Shown: positions 1-12,728 of the stretch, in pieces
Position numbering within the stretch: position 1 is the stretch's first letter
How the letters are laid out: each line of letters opens with the position of its first letter
Assembly: GCF_001194135.2 (NCBI RefSeq)
Contig: NC_069007.1
Location: forward strand, 11,820,404-11,884,403
Length of the DNA: 64,000 nt
Source of the DNA: Octopus bimaculoides
Lineage: Eukaryota
Direction of reading: 5' to 3'
The notes under the pieces: model-generated
Databases searched by the model: none
Told to the model about the DNA's origin: nothing
What the model saw: only the letters and a program-made list of their open reading frames with translations
Made by a program: the position numbers and the translations under genes

Positions 1-171
1 GTCTTCTGAAGCAGATTTATATTAATACACACAAGCGCATACACAAACACACACACACACCTATATACACGCAGGCACATACATGCCCACTCATGCACAC
101 GCACTCACGCACACAAACACATATACACACATACACACTCACACTCATACACACACACACTCAGAGCATTC

Positions 172-967
172 ACCTCCTCTACTAACTTGGTCACTTAAAT
201 AACAGAAGCTATCTACTACCTCTAGCTTGCCCTCCTGGCAGTTGATGGAGTCTATTTTTCTCTACATTTTCATGTTTATTGTACCTGTGCATCTTCCACA
301 CACAAAAGTTATTTTTCCTGTTAACCTTCCTCTGACATTGCTGCACATCTTATCTCCATAGCTTACAGTGAGTACATCTTACGTAGTTTCTACCTGCACC
401 TTTTCTACTGATCGAGCAGGGCCATCTACCTGAAGGGATTTGTGAATTGTCCGACTTCCTACTTACTAAGACTTTGGTTTTTGCTAGGCTAACTCTAAGG
501 CCCTTCAATTCTAGACCTCGCTTCCATACCTGGAACTTCTCTAATTCTGGTAGTGATTCAGCTATAAGAACAAGGTCATTAGCATAGAGCTCCTAGGGGC
601 AGCCTGTCTTAAATTCCTCTGTTATTGCCTAGAGGGTTATGATGAACAAGAAGGGGCTTAGGACCAATCCTTGGCAAACTCCCGCTTGTATCCTGAATTC
701 TTCCCTGTACTTGTTGCCAACCCCCACCTTACTGACAGCATTGCTGTACATTGCTTCTACAGCTCCCCCCAACCACTTGTCTATCCCTAATTTCTGCATT
801 GACCACCAGATAAGGGATTGGGGTACTCTGTCAAAGACTTTCTCCAAGTCAACAAAAGTCAAGTACAGAGGTTTATCTTTGGCTAAGTATTTCTCCTGCA
901 GCTGCCTTACCAGAAATATAGCATCAGTAGTGCTTCTCCCCTGGCACAAAACCAAACTGCATCTCAT
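172..967 (-). mobile_element. RTE-clade LINE, degenerate reverse transcriptase fragment
   Basis: Minus-strand translation gives GRSTTDAIFLVRQLQEKYLAKDKPLYLTFVDLEKVFDRVP...QGLVLSPFLFII, then (other frames) LYANDLVLIAES (YADD motif), KGLRVSLAKTKV, a Cys-rich insert and KLEVVDSFCYLSDQV; stops and frameshifts present. Confidence 0.92.
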
Positions 968-1974
968 CTAGACTTAGGTGCTTCTCCCTGGCACAAACCC
1001 AAACAAAGATATATATATATATATATATANNNNNNNNNNNNNNNNNNNNNNNNNNNNNNNNNNNNNNNNNNNNNNNNNNNNNNNNNNNNNNNNNNNNNNN
1101 NNNNNNNNNNNNNNNNNNNNNNNNNNNNNNNNNNNNNNNNNNNNNNNNNNNNNNNNNNNNNNNNNNNNNNNNNNNNNNNNNNNNNNNNNNNNNNNNNNNN
1201 NNNNNNNNNNNNNNNNNNNNNNNNNNNNNNNNNNNNNNNNNNNNNNNNNNNNNNNNNNNNNNNNNNNNNNNNNNNNNNNNNNNNNNNNNNNNNNNNNNNN
1301 NNNNNNNNNNNNNNNNNNNNNNNNNNNNNNNNNNNNNNNNNNNNNNNNNNNNNNNNNNNNNNNNNNNNNNNNNNNNNNNNNNNNNNNNNNNNNNNNNNNN
1401 NNNNNNNNNNNNNNNNNNNNNNNNNNNNNNNNNNNNNNNNNNNNNNNNNNNNNNNNNNNNNNNNNNNNNNNNNNNNNNNNNNNNNNNNNNNNNNNNNNNN
1501 NNNNNNNNNNNNNNNNNNNNNNNNNNNNNNNNNNNNNNNNNNNNNNNNNNNNNNNNNNNNNNNNNNNNNNNNNNNNNNNNNNNNNNNNNNNNNNNNNNNN
1601 NNNNNNNNNNNNNNNNNNNNNNNNNNNNNNNNNNNNNNNNNNNNNNNNNNNNNNNNNNNNNNNNNNNNNNNNNNNNNNNNNNNNNNNNNNNNNNNNNNNN
1701 NNNNNNNNNNNNNNNNNNNNNNNNNNNNNNNNNNNNNNNNNNNNNNNNNNNNNNNNNNNNNNNNNNNNNNNNNNNNNNNNNNNNNNNNNNNNNNNNNNNN
1801 NNNNNNNNNNNNNNNNNNNNNNNNNNNNNNNNNNNNNNNNNNNNNNNNNNNNNNNNNNNNNNNNNNNNNNNNNNNNNNNNNNNNNNNNNNNNNNNNNNNN
1901 NNNNNNNNNNNNNNNNNNNNNNNNNNNNNNNNNNNNNNNNNNNNNNNNNNNNNNNNNNNNNATATATATATATA

Positions 1975-2372
1975 GGTGCAGGAGTGGCTCTGTGGTAAGT
2001 AGCTTGCTTACCAACCACATGGTTCTGGGTTCAGTCCCACTGCATGGCACCTTGGGCAAGTGTCTTCTACTATATCCTTGGGCTGACCAAAGCTTTGTGA
2101 GTGGATTTGGTAGACGGAAACTGAAAGAAGCCTGTCGTGTATATATATATATGTTTGTGTGTGTGTATCTGTGTTTGTCTCCCTACCACCATCTCTTGGC
2201 AACTGATATTGGTGTGTTTATGTTCCCGTAACTTAGCGGTTCAGCAAAAGAGACCAACAGAATAAGTACTAGGCTTGCAAAGAACAAGTCCTGGGGTCGA
2301 TTTGTTTGACTGAAGGTGGTGCTCCAGCATGGCCACAGTCAAATGAGTGTAACAAGTAAAAGAATAAAAGAA
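1975..2372 (+). mobile_element. tRNA-head SINE, family A
   Basis: A-box-like TGGCTCTGTGGTAAG, B-box-like GGTTCAGTCCC, CTTGGGCAAGTGTCTT core, central (TA/TG)n linker, AAAAGAATAAAAGA tail; many copies in window. Confidence 0.85.
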
Positions 2373-2910
2373 TGTAGGTTGATAAAGTTATAGAAATGTG
2401 GTTAAAGAAAGGCTTATAAACAGTAATATTCAAACAATCATGAATATTAATATTAATTCATTTATATATATTAATATTCAAACATTTAAATATATTAATA
2501 TTAAAACATTTGCCTATATTACTATTGAAACATTAAACTCAATTCTTGTGAGGTTTTGGCAAGTTATTTTTACAGAAATGATACAGAGTAAAATAATGGC
2601 ATCGCTTCCTTTCTCTCTGTTCTCTCATTGTTCTTTTCTTTTCACAAGAATTCTACAGAACAGCAGTTCTAACTATCTTCTAATCTGGTTCTACATTTCT
2701 CAGATTGGTGTTCTACAAATGCCATGCTCCATGTTTTGCAAACAAAGCAGAAAAGTGGAAAAATGCAGATCATTTTATACATGCAGTAATTTCTTATTCA
2801 CATGTTCTCATATTACCTCATCCAAAAAGGGACCCCCCCCTTTTTTTTTTTAGATATTTGCATGGACTACTGTCACTCCATGTGGAATTTTCATGGAAAT
2901 TAATGAAAAG

Positions 2911-3195
2911 AGACATTTGTGTAGACTAGTGCCCTCTATGTTTAAATTACTAAAGAAGTTGAGGACTTCTAGAATGAAATTATATTGGACCTTGCTACAT
3001 CATCAGCCATCTTCTTCTATTCACTGATAACACAATGTCCTCCTACACATAGACATTTGTGTGGACTAGTGCCATCTGTGTTTAAATTACTTAAGAAGCT
3101 GAGGACTTCTAGAATGAAATTATATTGGACCTTGCTACATCGTCAGCCATCTTTTTCTATTCAATGATCACACAATATCTGGTTCATATTTTAGT
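2911..3195. repeat. ~140-bp tandem repeat (2 units), related to array at 15.3-16.5 kb
   Basis: AGACATTTGTG at 2911 and 3051; unit contains GAGGACTTCTAGAATGAAATTATATTGGACCTTGCTAC. Confidence 0.9.
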
Positions 3196-3204
3196 GCTGC
3201 AAAT

Positions 3205-3703
3205 ATTTCGCTTGCGAAGACCTGTTGAGGCAAGTGAAATCGAAACCGAACTAAATTCAACGACTGGCACCCATGCCAACGTCGTCTCCTTCATTGGACA
3301 CGAAACTCAGCTTGCGAAGACTTATTGGGGCAAGTGAAAGCGAAATCAGGATGGCACCTGTGCCCAGCGTCGCCTTTCTAGCACTTGTGCCCGTGGCATG
3401 TGTAATGGACTTTCGAGCGAGATCGTTGCCAGTGCCCCTGGACTGGCTCTTGTGTGGGTGGCACATAAAATACACCATTTGAGCGTGGCCGTTGCCAGTA
3501 CCGCCTGACTGGCCTTCTTGCAGGTGGCACATAAAAGCACCCACTACACTCTCAGAGTGGTCGGCATTAGGAAGGGCATCCAGCTGTAGAAACTCTGCCA
3601 AATCAGATTGGAGCCTGGTGTAGCCATCTGGTTTCACCAGTCCTCAGTCAAATCGTCCAACCTATGCTAGCATGGAAAGCGGATGTTAAACGATGATGAT
3701 GAT
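3205..3703 (+). mobile_element. RTE LINE 3' end / structured 3' UTR with (GAT)n tail
   Basis: GATCGTTGCCAGT matches the sequence just after the RTE stop codon at 55855; ends CCATGCTAGCATGGAAAGCGGATGTTAAACGATGATGATGAT. Confidence 0.8.
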
Positions 3704-5281
3704 AAATCACATTACCATTTAAACACCCAACACTGCTCCATAAACCCCCGTTGACAGTTCCCTGTCTCATCTGAACTCAGTGTTCCCAAGGGATAGGACA
3801 CTACCAGCCCAGTTAAGAGGACCTGATATTAAAGTTTCCTGTTGAGGGAATGTGACCCTGATTTCAAACATATTAGGGAGTTAACAACAAGGAACTTTGT
3901 CATTATAAACTTCCATATGGGACCTACATAAGCCCCTTTTCTAGTTAGTGTGACCCTTTTTGAAGTTCGTTAAATTTTTCTTGCATATTTTACTACAATG
4001 ACTCACCTAAATGACGACCTGATGTACTTGAAACAGCAGTAAAGTCCCCAATTCCATCATTAGACAAGGAAGGACTACGTTTGATAATGTAGTCTTATTG
4101 ATGCTAACTGGATGATGATGACAAGATGGATGATTATGGCTGGAAAGTCTTTGATAATAGAGCTTAGTCTATCAATACAGTTAGACATGGTTTCAGGTTC
4201 AATTCCAGTCTGTACCATTTTGGGCCAGTGTTTTCTTTGTCTTCTACCTCAGATCACCCTTGGGAGTAACATTTGGTTGATGAAAACTTGGATAGGTATA
4301 CTTATGTCAGAGGCAAGAATTTATGTTGTTGGGTCGTTTACTGAATCTGGGGCCCACTGTAAGAACACCACTACCATTGCATCCACTATTACCACTTGTT
4401 CTTTGGGTGGGTCTTCAATGTTGTCCACTCTGTGCAATTATTCACTCCCACCAGAGGGTCTGAAGTGGATCAGGAACACTGATCACCCATCCTCTGATTA
4501 AACCATTACAAAACAAAGAGGGGAGAAAATAACCGTTATCACTTTATCTTATAATTAGGGTTTGATGGAGGTTGGGGAGGGCATTACCCTTGACCGTTTG
4601 TGGAACCTAACAAAGCGATGAGAGAAAGTTGGTCAAAATAGAAAGATGTTACCTAAAACACTCAAGTACCAGGTAGTGGTGTTAAAGGAGATGATGGATT
4701 AAGACTATAATCCAGGTAATCCATGGTAGGATTTGAACTTAGAATGTAATGAGAAGTCACAAGTTATGCAAAACATCTCCGCTGATGCTCTAAAGTTGAC
4801 CTTGGGTTAAATAATAGCAATATTTGACTTGAACTGAACAGCTACATGAAAGAGCAACCGCTGCTGCTGCTGCAACTGCTGATGCCAGTGCAGCTGTAGG
4901 CACTGAGGTCGCAGAAGCTAGTTAAGCAAAAAACGACTTAAAAGCTCTCTGCTACCCACTTCAGTTTTTGTTGCTTCTACAATATTTAGTAATAAAAGAC
5001 TAATTAGTCAGCTTAATATCCTAGAATTAATGTCAGTGTTTGTTGTCTCTTTGTCATTTCCTGCATTGTCATATGATGTTTGTTACAATTGCAGCAAGAG
5101 GTTAATGAGTGCAATGGCTTAATGCCATGTGGTGCAACACACTTAATAATTCAGAGTCTGTTAGCTCAAGAGAACATCATCTAATAATGGATTTCCACCA
5201 GTACATTTGTGTAACAGAGATGCTTACATAGAAACATGATGTAAATATACACACACACATACACATTATATATATGTATGC

Positions 5282-5312
<31 letters not shown>

Positions 5313-5325
5313 TGTCATGTATACA

Positions 5326-5363
<38 letters not shown>

Positions 5364-6196
5364 TGTACATGTGTTTGTATGTATAATATATTATATATAT
5401 GTATATGGAAGAGTGTGTGTGTATGAAAGCAGGTTGGTGCTTGCAGTTTTGTATGTATGTATATACACGGGTATATCTNNNNNNNNNNNNNNNNNNNNNN
5501 NNNNNNNNNNNNNNNNNNNNNNNNNNNNNNNNNNNNNNNNNNNNNNNNNNNNNNNNNNNNNNNNNNNNNNNNNNNNNNNNNNNNNNNNNNNNNNNNNNNN
5601 NNNNNNNNNNNNNNNNNNNNNNNNNNNNNNNNNNNNNNNNNNNNNNNNNNNNNNNNNNNNNNNNNNNNNNNNNNNNNNNNNNNNNNNNNNNNNNNNNNNN
5701 NNNNNNNNNNNNNNNNNNNNNNNNNNNNNNNNNNNNNNNNNNNNNNNNNNNNNNNNNNNNNNNNNNNNNNNNNNNNNNNNNNNNNNNNNNNNNNNNNNNN
5801 NNNNNNNNNNNNNNNNNNNNNNNNNNNNNNNNNNNNNNNNNNNNNNNNNNNNNNNNNNNNNNNNNNNNNNNNNNNNNNNNNNNNNNNNNNNNNNNNNNNN
5901 NNNNNNNNNNNNNNNNNNNNNNNNNNNNNNNNNNNNNNNNNNNNNNNNNNNNNNNNNNNNNNNNNNNNNNNNNNNNNNNNNNNNNNNNNNNNNNNNNNNN
6001 NNNNNNNNNNNNNNNNNNNNNNNNNNNNNNNNNNNNNNNNNNNNNNNNNNNNNNNNNNNNNNNNNNNNNNNNNNNNNNNNNNNNNNNNNNNNNNNNNNNN
6101 NNNNNNNNNNNNNNNNNNNNNNNNNNNNNNNNNNNNNNNNNNNNNNNNNNNNNNNNNNNNNNNNNNNNNNNNNNNNNNNNNNNNNNNNNNNNNNNN

Positions 6197-6300
6197 AGTA
6201 CTAAGCTTTCAAAGAATAAGTCCTGGGTTGATTTGTTCAACTAAAGGTGGTACTCCAGCATGGCCACAGTGAAATAACTGATACAAGTAAAAGAATAAAG
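6197..6300 (+). mobile_element. SINE family A, 3' tail
   Basis: AGTACTAAGCTT...GGTGGTACTCCAGCATGGCCACAG...AAAAGAATAAAG matches the family A tail. Confidence 0.75.
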
Positions 6301-6404
6301 GAATATCTGCCTATAGTCCCTTGCTTTTAAGTTTTCTATATAGGTTTACTCCCTGAACATTTTTAAATGCTTAAAAAAATCAACGTACAAGGTGAAGGGT
6401 AAAG

Positions 6405-6735
6405 TACCCCTTCAGTAATAACTGACCATGAGATTGCACCTAGAAAGTTCCCCTCCGAGGCACAAGTCCAGGCAAGGTTTTTTATGGAAGACCAGCAGTC
6501 ACCCATGCATAGCAGCCTCCCCTCTCTTCACCACCAATGTTATTGAAGAGAAAGGCAAAGGGACCGGTACAGCGTGGCACCAGTGATGTTGCAATTCATT
6601 TCTACCACTGAGTGAACTGTAGCAATGTGGAATAAAGTGTTTTGCTCAAGAACCCAACACAGTCTGGTCTGGGAATTGAACTCACTACCTCATGATTGTG
6701 AGCCCGACGTTCTAGCCACTGATCCATGTATCTTA
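6405..6735 (-). mobile_element. tRNA-head SINE, family C
   Basis: Minus-strand head TGGATCAGTGGCTAGAA...GAGTTCAATTCC; body matches the copy at 58307-58647. Confidence 0.8.
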
Positions 6736-7201
6736 GCGCTTGTTATGATAGTGGGCATGTTTTTCTGCAGAGCCAGTCTCACTCTCTTTTCCTGGTCTGG
6801 TGAGTCATTAGGATGTAGGATTTTTAATGGAGCAATCTTTGCTTAGATGAACGGCAACAGAACTGAAGTTCTGGCTTCGTTGAGGTGTCTCTGAGTGACA
6901 TGTTAATTAACCCATAGGCAGAACCCTGACAGGTGCTAGCTATGAGTTAGGATATACCTGGATACAAATAGACAGGTGCCATGAGTCGGGGTACACTGGG
7001 AAACAATGGTTCCACATTCCACAGAACGCTGAAACTCTTGCACTAGGGTTCAGACAAAATACGGGCACAGGAACGATACAAATGGCTGTGAGAAAACATG
7101 GCCCCATAATTGATTTAGAGCAAAATATCTTTAACAAAAGAAGATATTTTATCCTTTCTCCTTCATACTTTAAGTAGCAACATATGAAGCTGGAATAAGG
7201 A

Positions 7202-7250
7202 ATATTGCCTGAAGAGCCATGCTCAAGTGAAACAAAATGTTTAGCAATAT
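7202..7250 (+). ncRNA. Degenerate type-I hammerhead-ribozyme-like motif
   Basis: ATATTGC-CTGAAGA-(13 nt)-GAAAC-AAAAT-GTTTA-GCAATAT: perfect 7-bp stem I, weak stem II, 2 extra nt at cleavage site. Confidence 0.4.
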
Positions 7251-7333
7251 ATATAACAGTGGAATATCCAGCCACTAATATATGTATGTGTTTATATGTA
7301 TGTATGTATGTATGTATGTGTGTGTATATATAC

Positions 7334-7387
<54 letters not shown>

Positions 7388-8348
7388 ATATATAGATAGA
7401 TGCACACACACACATACACACATCTAATCTTCCTCTAACATGTCGGTCTTACCTTTACACTTTTGTTGGTCTTCAATTTACAGTTTGTCTAGAATTTTTA
7501 TTTTTGCTCTTTGTTTTGTTTCCTTTTTTTGTTGTTTTTGCTTTTTATTTCATCTTTGTTCATCTAATCTCTTTATTTCATTGTCATCACCACCACCATC
7601 ATCATCCTTTCTAAAATGTTCTTTATTGATGTAATTGGCAATGTTGTTCCAGTTCTCATTGTTATTATTATTATTACAATAAACGTAACGATTCTAGTTA
7701 TCTATTACCATTGTTGTTGTTGTTGTTGTTGTATTATCATTTATAATTTTACTAATGCCGGCAGACTTCTTTCACAACACACTTAATAAAGTTGATTAAT
7801 TTCACCAGCCATTATCGGATTTGCTTCCTCGCCTAGATTCCTGTCTTCTTTTATCTCATTACACTTGTTATACTTCATAACGTCTATAAACACACATGCG
7901 TATATGTATGTATGTATTTCTGTATGTGTATATATNNNNNNNNNNNNNNNNNNNNNNNNNNNNNNNNNNNNNNNNNNNNNNNNNNNNNNNNNNNNNNNNN
8001 NNNNNNNNNNNNNNNNNNNNNNNNNNNNNNNNNNNNNNNNNNNNNNNNNNNNNNNNNNNNNNNNNNNNNNNNNNNNNNNNNNNNNNNNNNNNNNNNNNNN
8101 NNNNNNNNNNNNNNNNNNNNNNNNNNNNNNNNNNNNNNNNNNNNNNNNNNNNNNNNNNNNNNNNNNNNNNNNNNNNNNNNNNNNNNNNNNNNNNNNNNNN
8201 NNNNNNNNNNNNNNNNNNNNNNNNNNNNNNNNNNNNNNNNNNNNNNNNNNNNNNNNNNNNNNNNNNNNNNNNNNNNNNNNNNNNNNNNNNNNNNNNNNNN
8301 NNNNNNNNNNNNNNNNNNNNNNNNNNNNNNNNNNNNNNNNNNNNNNNN

Positions 8349-8398
<50 letters not shown>

Positions 8399-8931
8399 AA
8401 AGAAAAATGCATATATATATATATATATACATGCATGTGTGTGTAAATATATATTTACATATATGTGTGTGTGTGTGTGTGTGCATATAAGTATATATGT
8501 ACATACACACACACACACACATATATATACACACAAAATATATAAGTATAAATATATGTGCATATGAGCATGTATTTGTGTGTGTGTGTGTGTCGTATAT
8601 ACATGCGTGTATATATATATATATATATGTATACACACACACACATACATGCTAATGTGTTTATGTGTATGTATCCGTGTGTGCGCATGTATGTGTGTGT
8701 ATACAATCTATTGTAAGTCTGTTGCCATGAATAAGAGTTTCCTAGAATCTTATTTGATAAACTCTCGTTAAAACTCATTGTCTTAAGTAGCTGACAATGA
8801 CAATAAATGTGCTTATAGTAGAAAGGATTATCATGGGAAGAATTATCTCCCTTTTGCCTGCTATTTCTAGCAGACTGAACAACCACTTAGAGACTGCTCC
8901 TTCAATGGTGGTGGTTGGCTATGATAGTAAT

Positions 8932-9065
8932 CTTTTCTACTATAGGCACAAGGCCTGAAATTTTGGGGGAAGTGGGAAGAGGCTAGTCGATTAGATAGAC
9001 CCCAGTACTCAACTGGCACTTGATTTATCAACCCCAAAAGGATGAAAGGCAAATTAGACCTCAGG
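8932..9065 (-). mobile_element. SINE family D, partial
   Basis: TTTTCTACTATAGGCACAAGGCCTGAAATTTTGGGG...AAGGATGAAAGGCAAA matches copies at 20953 and 47392. Confidence 0.75.
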
Positions 9066-10176
9066 GGCTATAATAATAATAATAATTATCTTTGATTGCT
9101 ACAGTTGTTGTCTTTTCATTGGCATAGTGTAACTCGGATTATGTTGTACCTTGGTGTGTCATTCCCTTTCATTTAAGACAGCTGGGAGTTAAGAGAGACT
9201 TGGCTGCTACTTCTAGCATAGATAGACAATGTGTTAAGGCTCCCTTGCTGGCTTGTATGTAAATGTTGTTGGTGTTTAGTGCACCCCCTCCCCCTACCCC
9301 CACCTCTTTTACTCTCTGAGGGGGGACAGACCTATGTTCATCATTGCTGTTCTCAGTGTCGCAGTAACGTATGATGTTGTTCTGGATGTCTGCACTCTGC
9401 TTTCAAATCCCACGAAGGTCAACTTTGCTTTACAGCCTTTCAGGGTCAGTAAGTAAAGTACCTGTCATATACTGGGACCGTTAATCGTAATCAATTTCAC
9501 ACACACACTGTCTCTCTTTCTCACTAAATCTTTTCCCTCTCTTTCTTTCTATCCTTCACTGTCTCTCATTCACTCTCTCTATCTCTTTCTCTCTCTCTCT
9601 CTTTCTTACTCCCTCTTTCCCTCATTTTCTCTTTCTCTCTCTCCCTCTCTCTCTTGCTCACACTTTTCCTCTCACTATCTCTCACTCTCTTACTATCTCT
9701 TTCCCTCACTCTCTCTTTCTCACCCAGTGTTTTCCCTCTCTCTTTCTTTCTCTCTCTGCACATGTAGTGTCTGCGCCATAGCCACATGGTCTCCCTGCAT
9801 GTCTTCTACAACAACCATGAAGTGATCTTTGCTTTGTCAGTGAAATTAGCAGAAAGAAAATTGTGTCTGTACATGCGTGCGTGTGTGTCTGTGCGTGTGT
9901 GTGTGTTTGTGTACATGCACATTGGCTCACATGCATGTGTAGAAGCATTNNNNNNNNNNNNNNNNNNNNNNNNNNNNNNNNNNNNNNNNNNNNNNNNNNN
10001 NNNNNNNNNNNNNNNNNNNNNNNNNNNNNNNNNNNNNNNNNNNNNNNNNGATGATGATGATGATGATGATCATGATATAGATAGATAGATAAATATAGGT
10101 AGGTAGCTAGGTAGAGATAGATAGATTGATAGATTAATAGATAGATATAGATAGACATAGATAGATAAATAGAAAA

Positions 10177-10213
<37 letters not shown>

Positions 10214-10329
10214 TTAATAAATAGATAGATATATAGATGGATAGATAGACAGATAGATGGATGGATGGATAGACAGACAGACAGGCACATATCATTGGAG
10301 CTGGTGACTTCTGTGATTATGTTTGAGCG

Positions 10330-11095
10330 GCACTCCCATGGATTCCATGGTATGCGTGGATGCTAAGGTTTTGGCTCTAGGAATTAGTAAAGAAAACTGC
10401 TGGAGTTCTATGATGGAAATGATCTGAATATCTGCATCACTATCTTCAGGAAACCAGCCAACCACCTGCTTTATCACCTATTAGTCTAGTGGCCAAATAA
10501 ACCAGATTAATGACGTCCTCACCAGACAACGAGGTAGGTGCTTGCAAATACAAAGTATTTCCCAAGAGTGGAAAAACCAACAAAGGTTATTTGTCAGTGA
10601 CTTCAAAATTAGAACTAGAAGGAAACATAACCTGGGAAAGGAGGTTATGGAAGTGCAAAGACCCAGCAAACTGACAGAAATTTAGTGACAGTCAATTGGA
10701 AGCTTCTAGTGAGTAGGAGGAGGCGGGGAAGACATAGCTTAGAGGACAATTGGAAGTTCTTGCAGGATAACCTACTGAGCACTACAGACCAGATCTGTAG
10801 CTGGTGCACAGTCCTGACCAGGTCATGATGGTTGACATAGGGGTGGAACAAGAAGGTGGACAGTACTATAAAATTAGAGACAGGCTTGGAAAGACTGGAA
10901 AAATGGTGGTAGCAGAGAATCATGTCAGATAGCCAGAAGGGAAGCTAGGCAACGAGTTTACATAGCAAAAGGGGAAGCAGGAAGTAAGAGATTTACCAAA
11001 GTTTTGGCAGCATGAGGTGTTCCAGATTGCAGAGCTGTGTATCAGAGAGAATAGAGATGTGGGTGAGACATCTGTGTGAATGGATAACAGTATGC
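10330..11095 (+). mobile_element. RTE-clade LINE fragment (APE C-terminus and linker)
   Basis: Frameshifted translation GFGSRN..RKLLEFYDGNDLNICITIFRKPANHL...QRLFVSDFKIRTRR...LEDNWKFLQDNLLSTTDQIC...RQAWKDWKNGGSRES..IARREARQRVYIAKGEA. Confidence 0.85.
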
Positions 11096-11194
11096 TTGCA
11101 TTTCGTGATGCAGAGAAGAAAGTTAATGATGATGATGGCGGTGGTGGCATCTGCTGTGGTGATGATGATGATGTGCTTGTGCTACATAAAAATC

Positions 11195-11330
11195 ACTAAG
11201 TCCACTCTGCGGAGTGGTTGGTGTTAGGAAGGGCATCTAGCTGTAAAAATCCTGCCAAAACAGTCAGAAGCCTGGTGCAGGCTTCAGCTTGGCTGGCTCT
11301 TGTGGTATCATCCCACCCATGCTAGTATGG
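11195..11330 (+). mobile_element. RTE 3' tail, diverged
   Basis: GAGTGGTTGGTGTTAGGAAGGGCATCTAGCTGTAAAA...CCCATGCTAGTATGG. Confidence 0.7.
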
Positions 11331-11699
11331 GTTCAGATTTGGTTGTATCACATAAGACTCGTTTGGATACAGACCTAGCCAGAAAGTCATTCAGACAAAG
11401 AAAACTCCTTTAAGGGCCCAGCTAAACCCTCTGTACATTAACCAAAACATTTACCTATTTCCCATTTGGTTCCCCAACACAAATTAAGGACCAATGTCTT
11501 TGATGTAAAAGCTAAACACTTACGCATTTACAGACAACTAAATGACCAGTTCCACACTTTAAACAATCAATAAGAAACTATGAATTAAGAAAATTATTTA
11601 TTTTTAGGTTAAAAGTAGAAATTTTTCTCTCAAGAAATTCGGCAATCAAGAGACCTTGTACTTCACCAATTTACCAATATTTTATGTATTTTTTTTTGT

Positions 11700-11845
11700 T
11701 ATTGTTTTATTTCATTTTTATTTTATTTAATTCATATTTTTCTTCTATTTTCAGGTAAGAATTTACAATATTTCACATTAAGCAAAACCAAAATTTTTGA
11801 ATCTTGACATAATATTATTTGGTATACATTATTAATCAGGTAAGT
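11700..11845 (+). other. Candidate recursive (AG|GT) splice site / 85-nt non-coding exon 11755-11839
   Basis: Long T-rich tract ending TTTTTCTTCTATTTTCAG|GTAAGA (AG 11753-54); second donor CAG|GTAAGT at 11840; all three frames have stops. Confidence 0.4.
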
Positions 11846-11889
11846 TTTATTTATTTATTTATTCATTCTTTTATCTATTTATTTATTAT

Positions 11890-12584
11890 TGTCGTTTCAC
11901 TTCTCAGAGTTCTTGATTTCACTTGCTATGGCTAATTCTATAAGAGCAGACAACCTGTTGTCAAGGGCTTCACAAGGTTGCCTTCACCCACGACACTTTA
12001 AATCCAAGTGTTAATTTCAAAATTCTCACTGCCCCTAATAAAGCAATTTTCTGAGCATGTTCTACCCTCATGTTAATCCCAATTTCCTCCAGTCTCCCTA
12101 CAACTACAGATATGACATTTACTTTCCTCTTTACCCTCTCTTGTGCAATTTCATCTTTTAGTGGCTTCTACCCCTCAACCTTTTCCAATTCTTTACCATC
12201 CACTCGTACATCCCCAGACCTATGACAATACCTATGATCTTGCTTTCCTTCCTCATTTTATCAACGACAACAACAACGTCAGGTCTCTGAGCATCAATCA
12301 CTGAATCACACTGGATTGTAAAACCTTACAAGATCTTAGACTCATTATTCTCAGTGACACATTCTGGTTCATGCTCGTACCATTTCAATATCTTTTCAAA
12401 CCCATATTCCTTTTGTATTCTTTTTGAACCAGTTTGTTACATTCACTCACAATATGTGGAACTGTTTCATTTCTTTATGCCGCACATTCTACAAAAGAGC
12501 AATTCACTTTTCTTATTTACCATCACAGATTGTATTCTGCATTAACAATACAGATTTTGCATCCTATGAGACCTCCAAGACCTC

Positions 12585-12585
<1 letters not shown>
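11890..12585 (-). mobile_element. R4/Dong-like non-LTR retrotransposon 3' fragment (CCHC knuckle + restriction-like endonuclease)
   Basis: CRMCG..ETVPHIVSECNKLVQKEYKR...KWYEHEPECVTENNESKIL.GFTIQCDSVIDAQRPDVVVV...RVEHAQKIALLGAVRILK; bounded by (TTA)n at 12586-12630. Confidence 0.85.
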
Positions 12586-12630
<45 letters not shown>

Positions 12631-12728
12631 TTCATATATACACAACAGATTAGACTGTTGAAAAAGAAAAAATCTAACATCAGGCTACAACCAGTAACTT
12701 TAGATGTCAAGAACCCTCCTCAGTATCC

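Noticed and set aside
4016-4088. Minus-strand exon YIIKRSPSLSNDGIGDFTAVSSTSGRHL with GTGAGT donor
   Set aside because: Acceptor is weak (AAG, no pyrimidine tract) and no other minus-strand exons were found
6771-6799. 29-nt micro-exon TTTTCTGCAG...CTG|GTGAGT
   Set aside because: Good signals, but it lies beside repeat-derived DNA and has no other support
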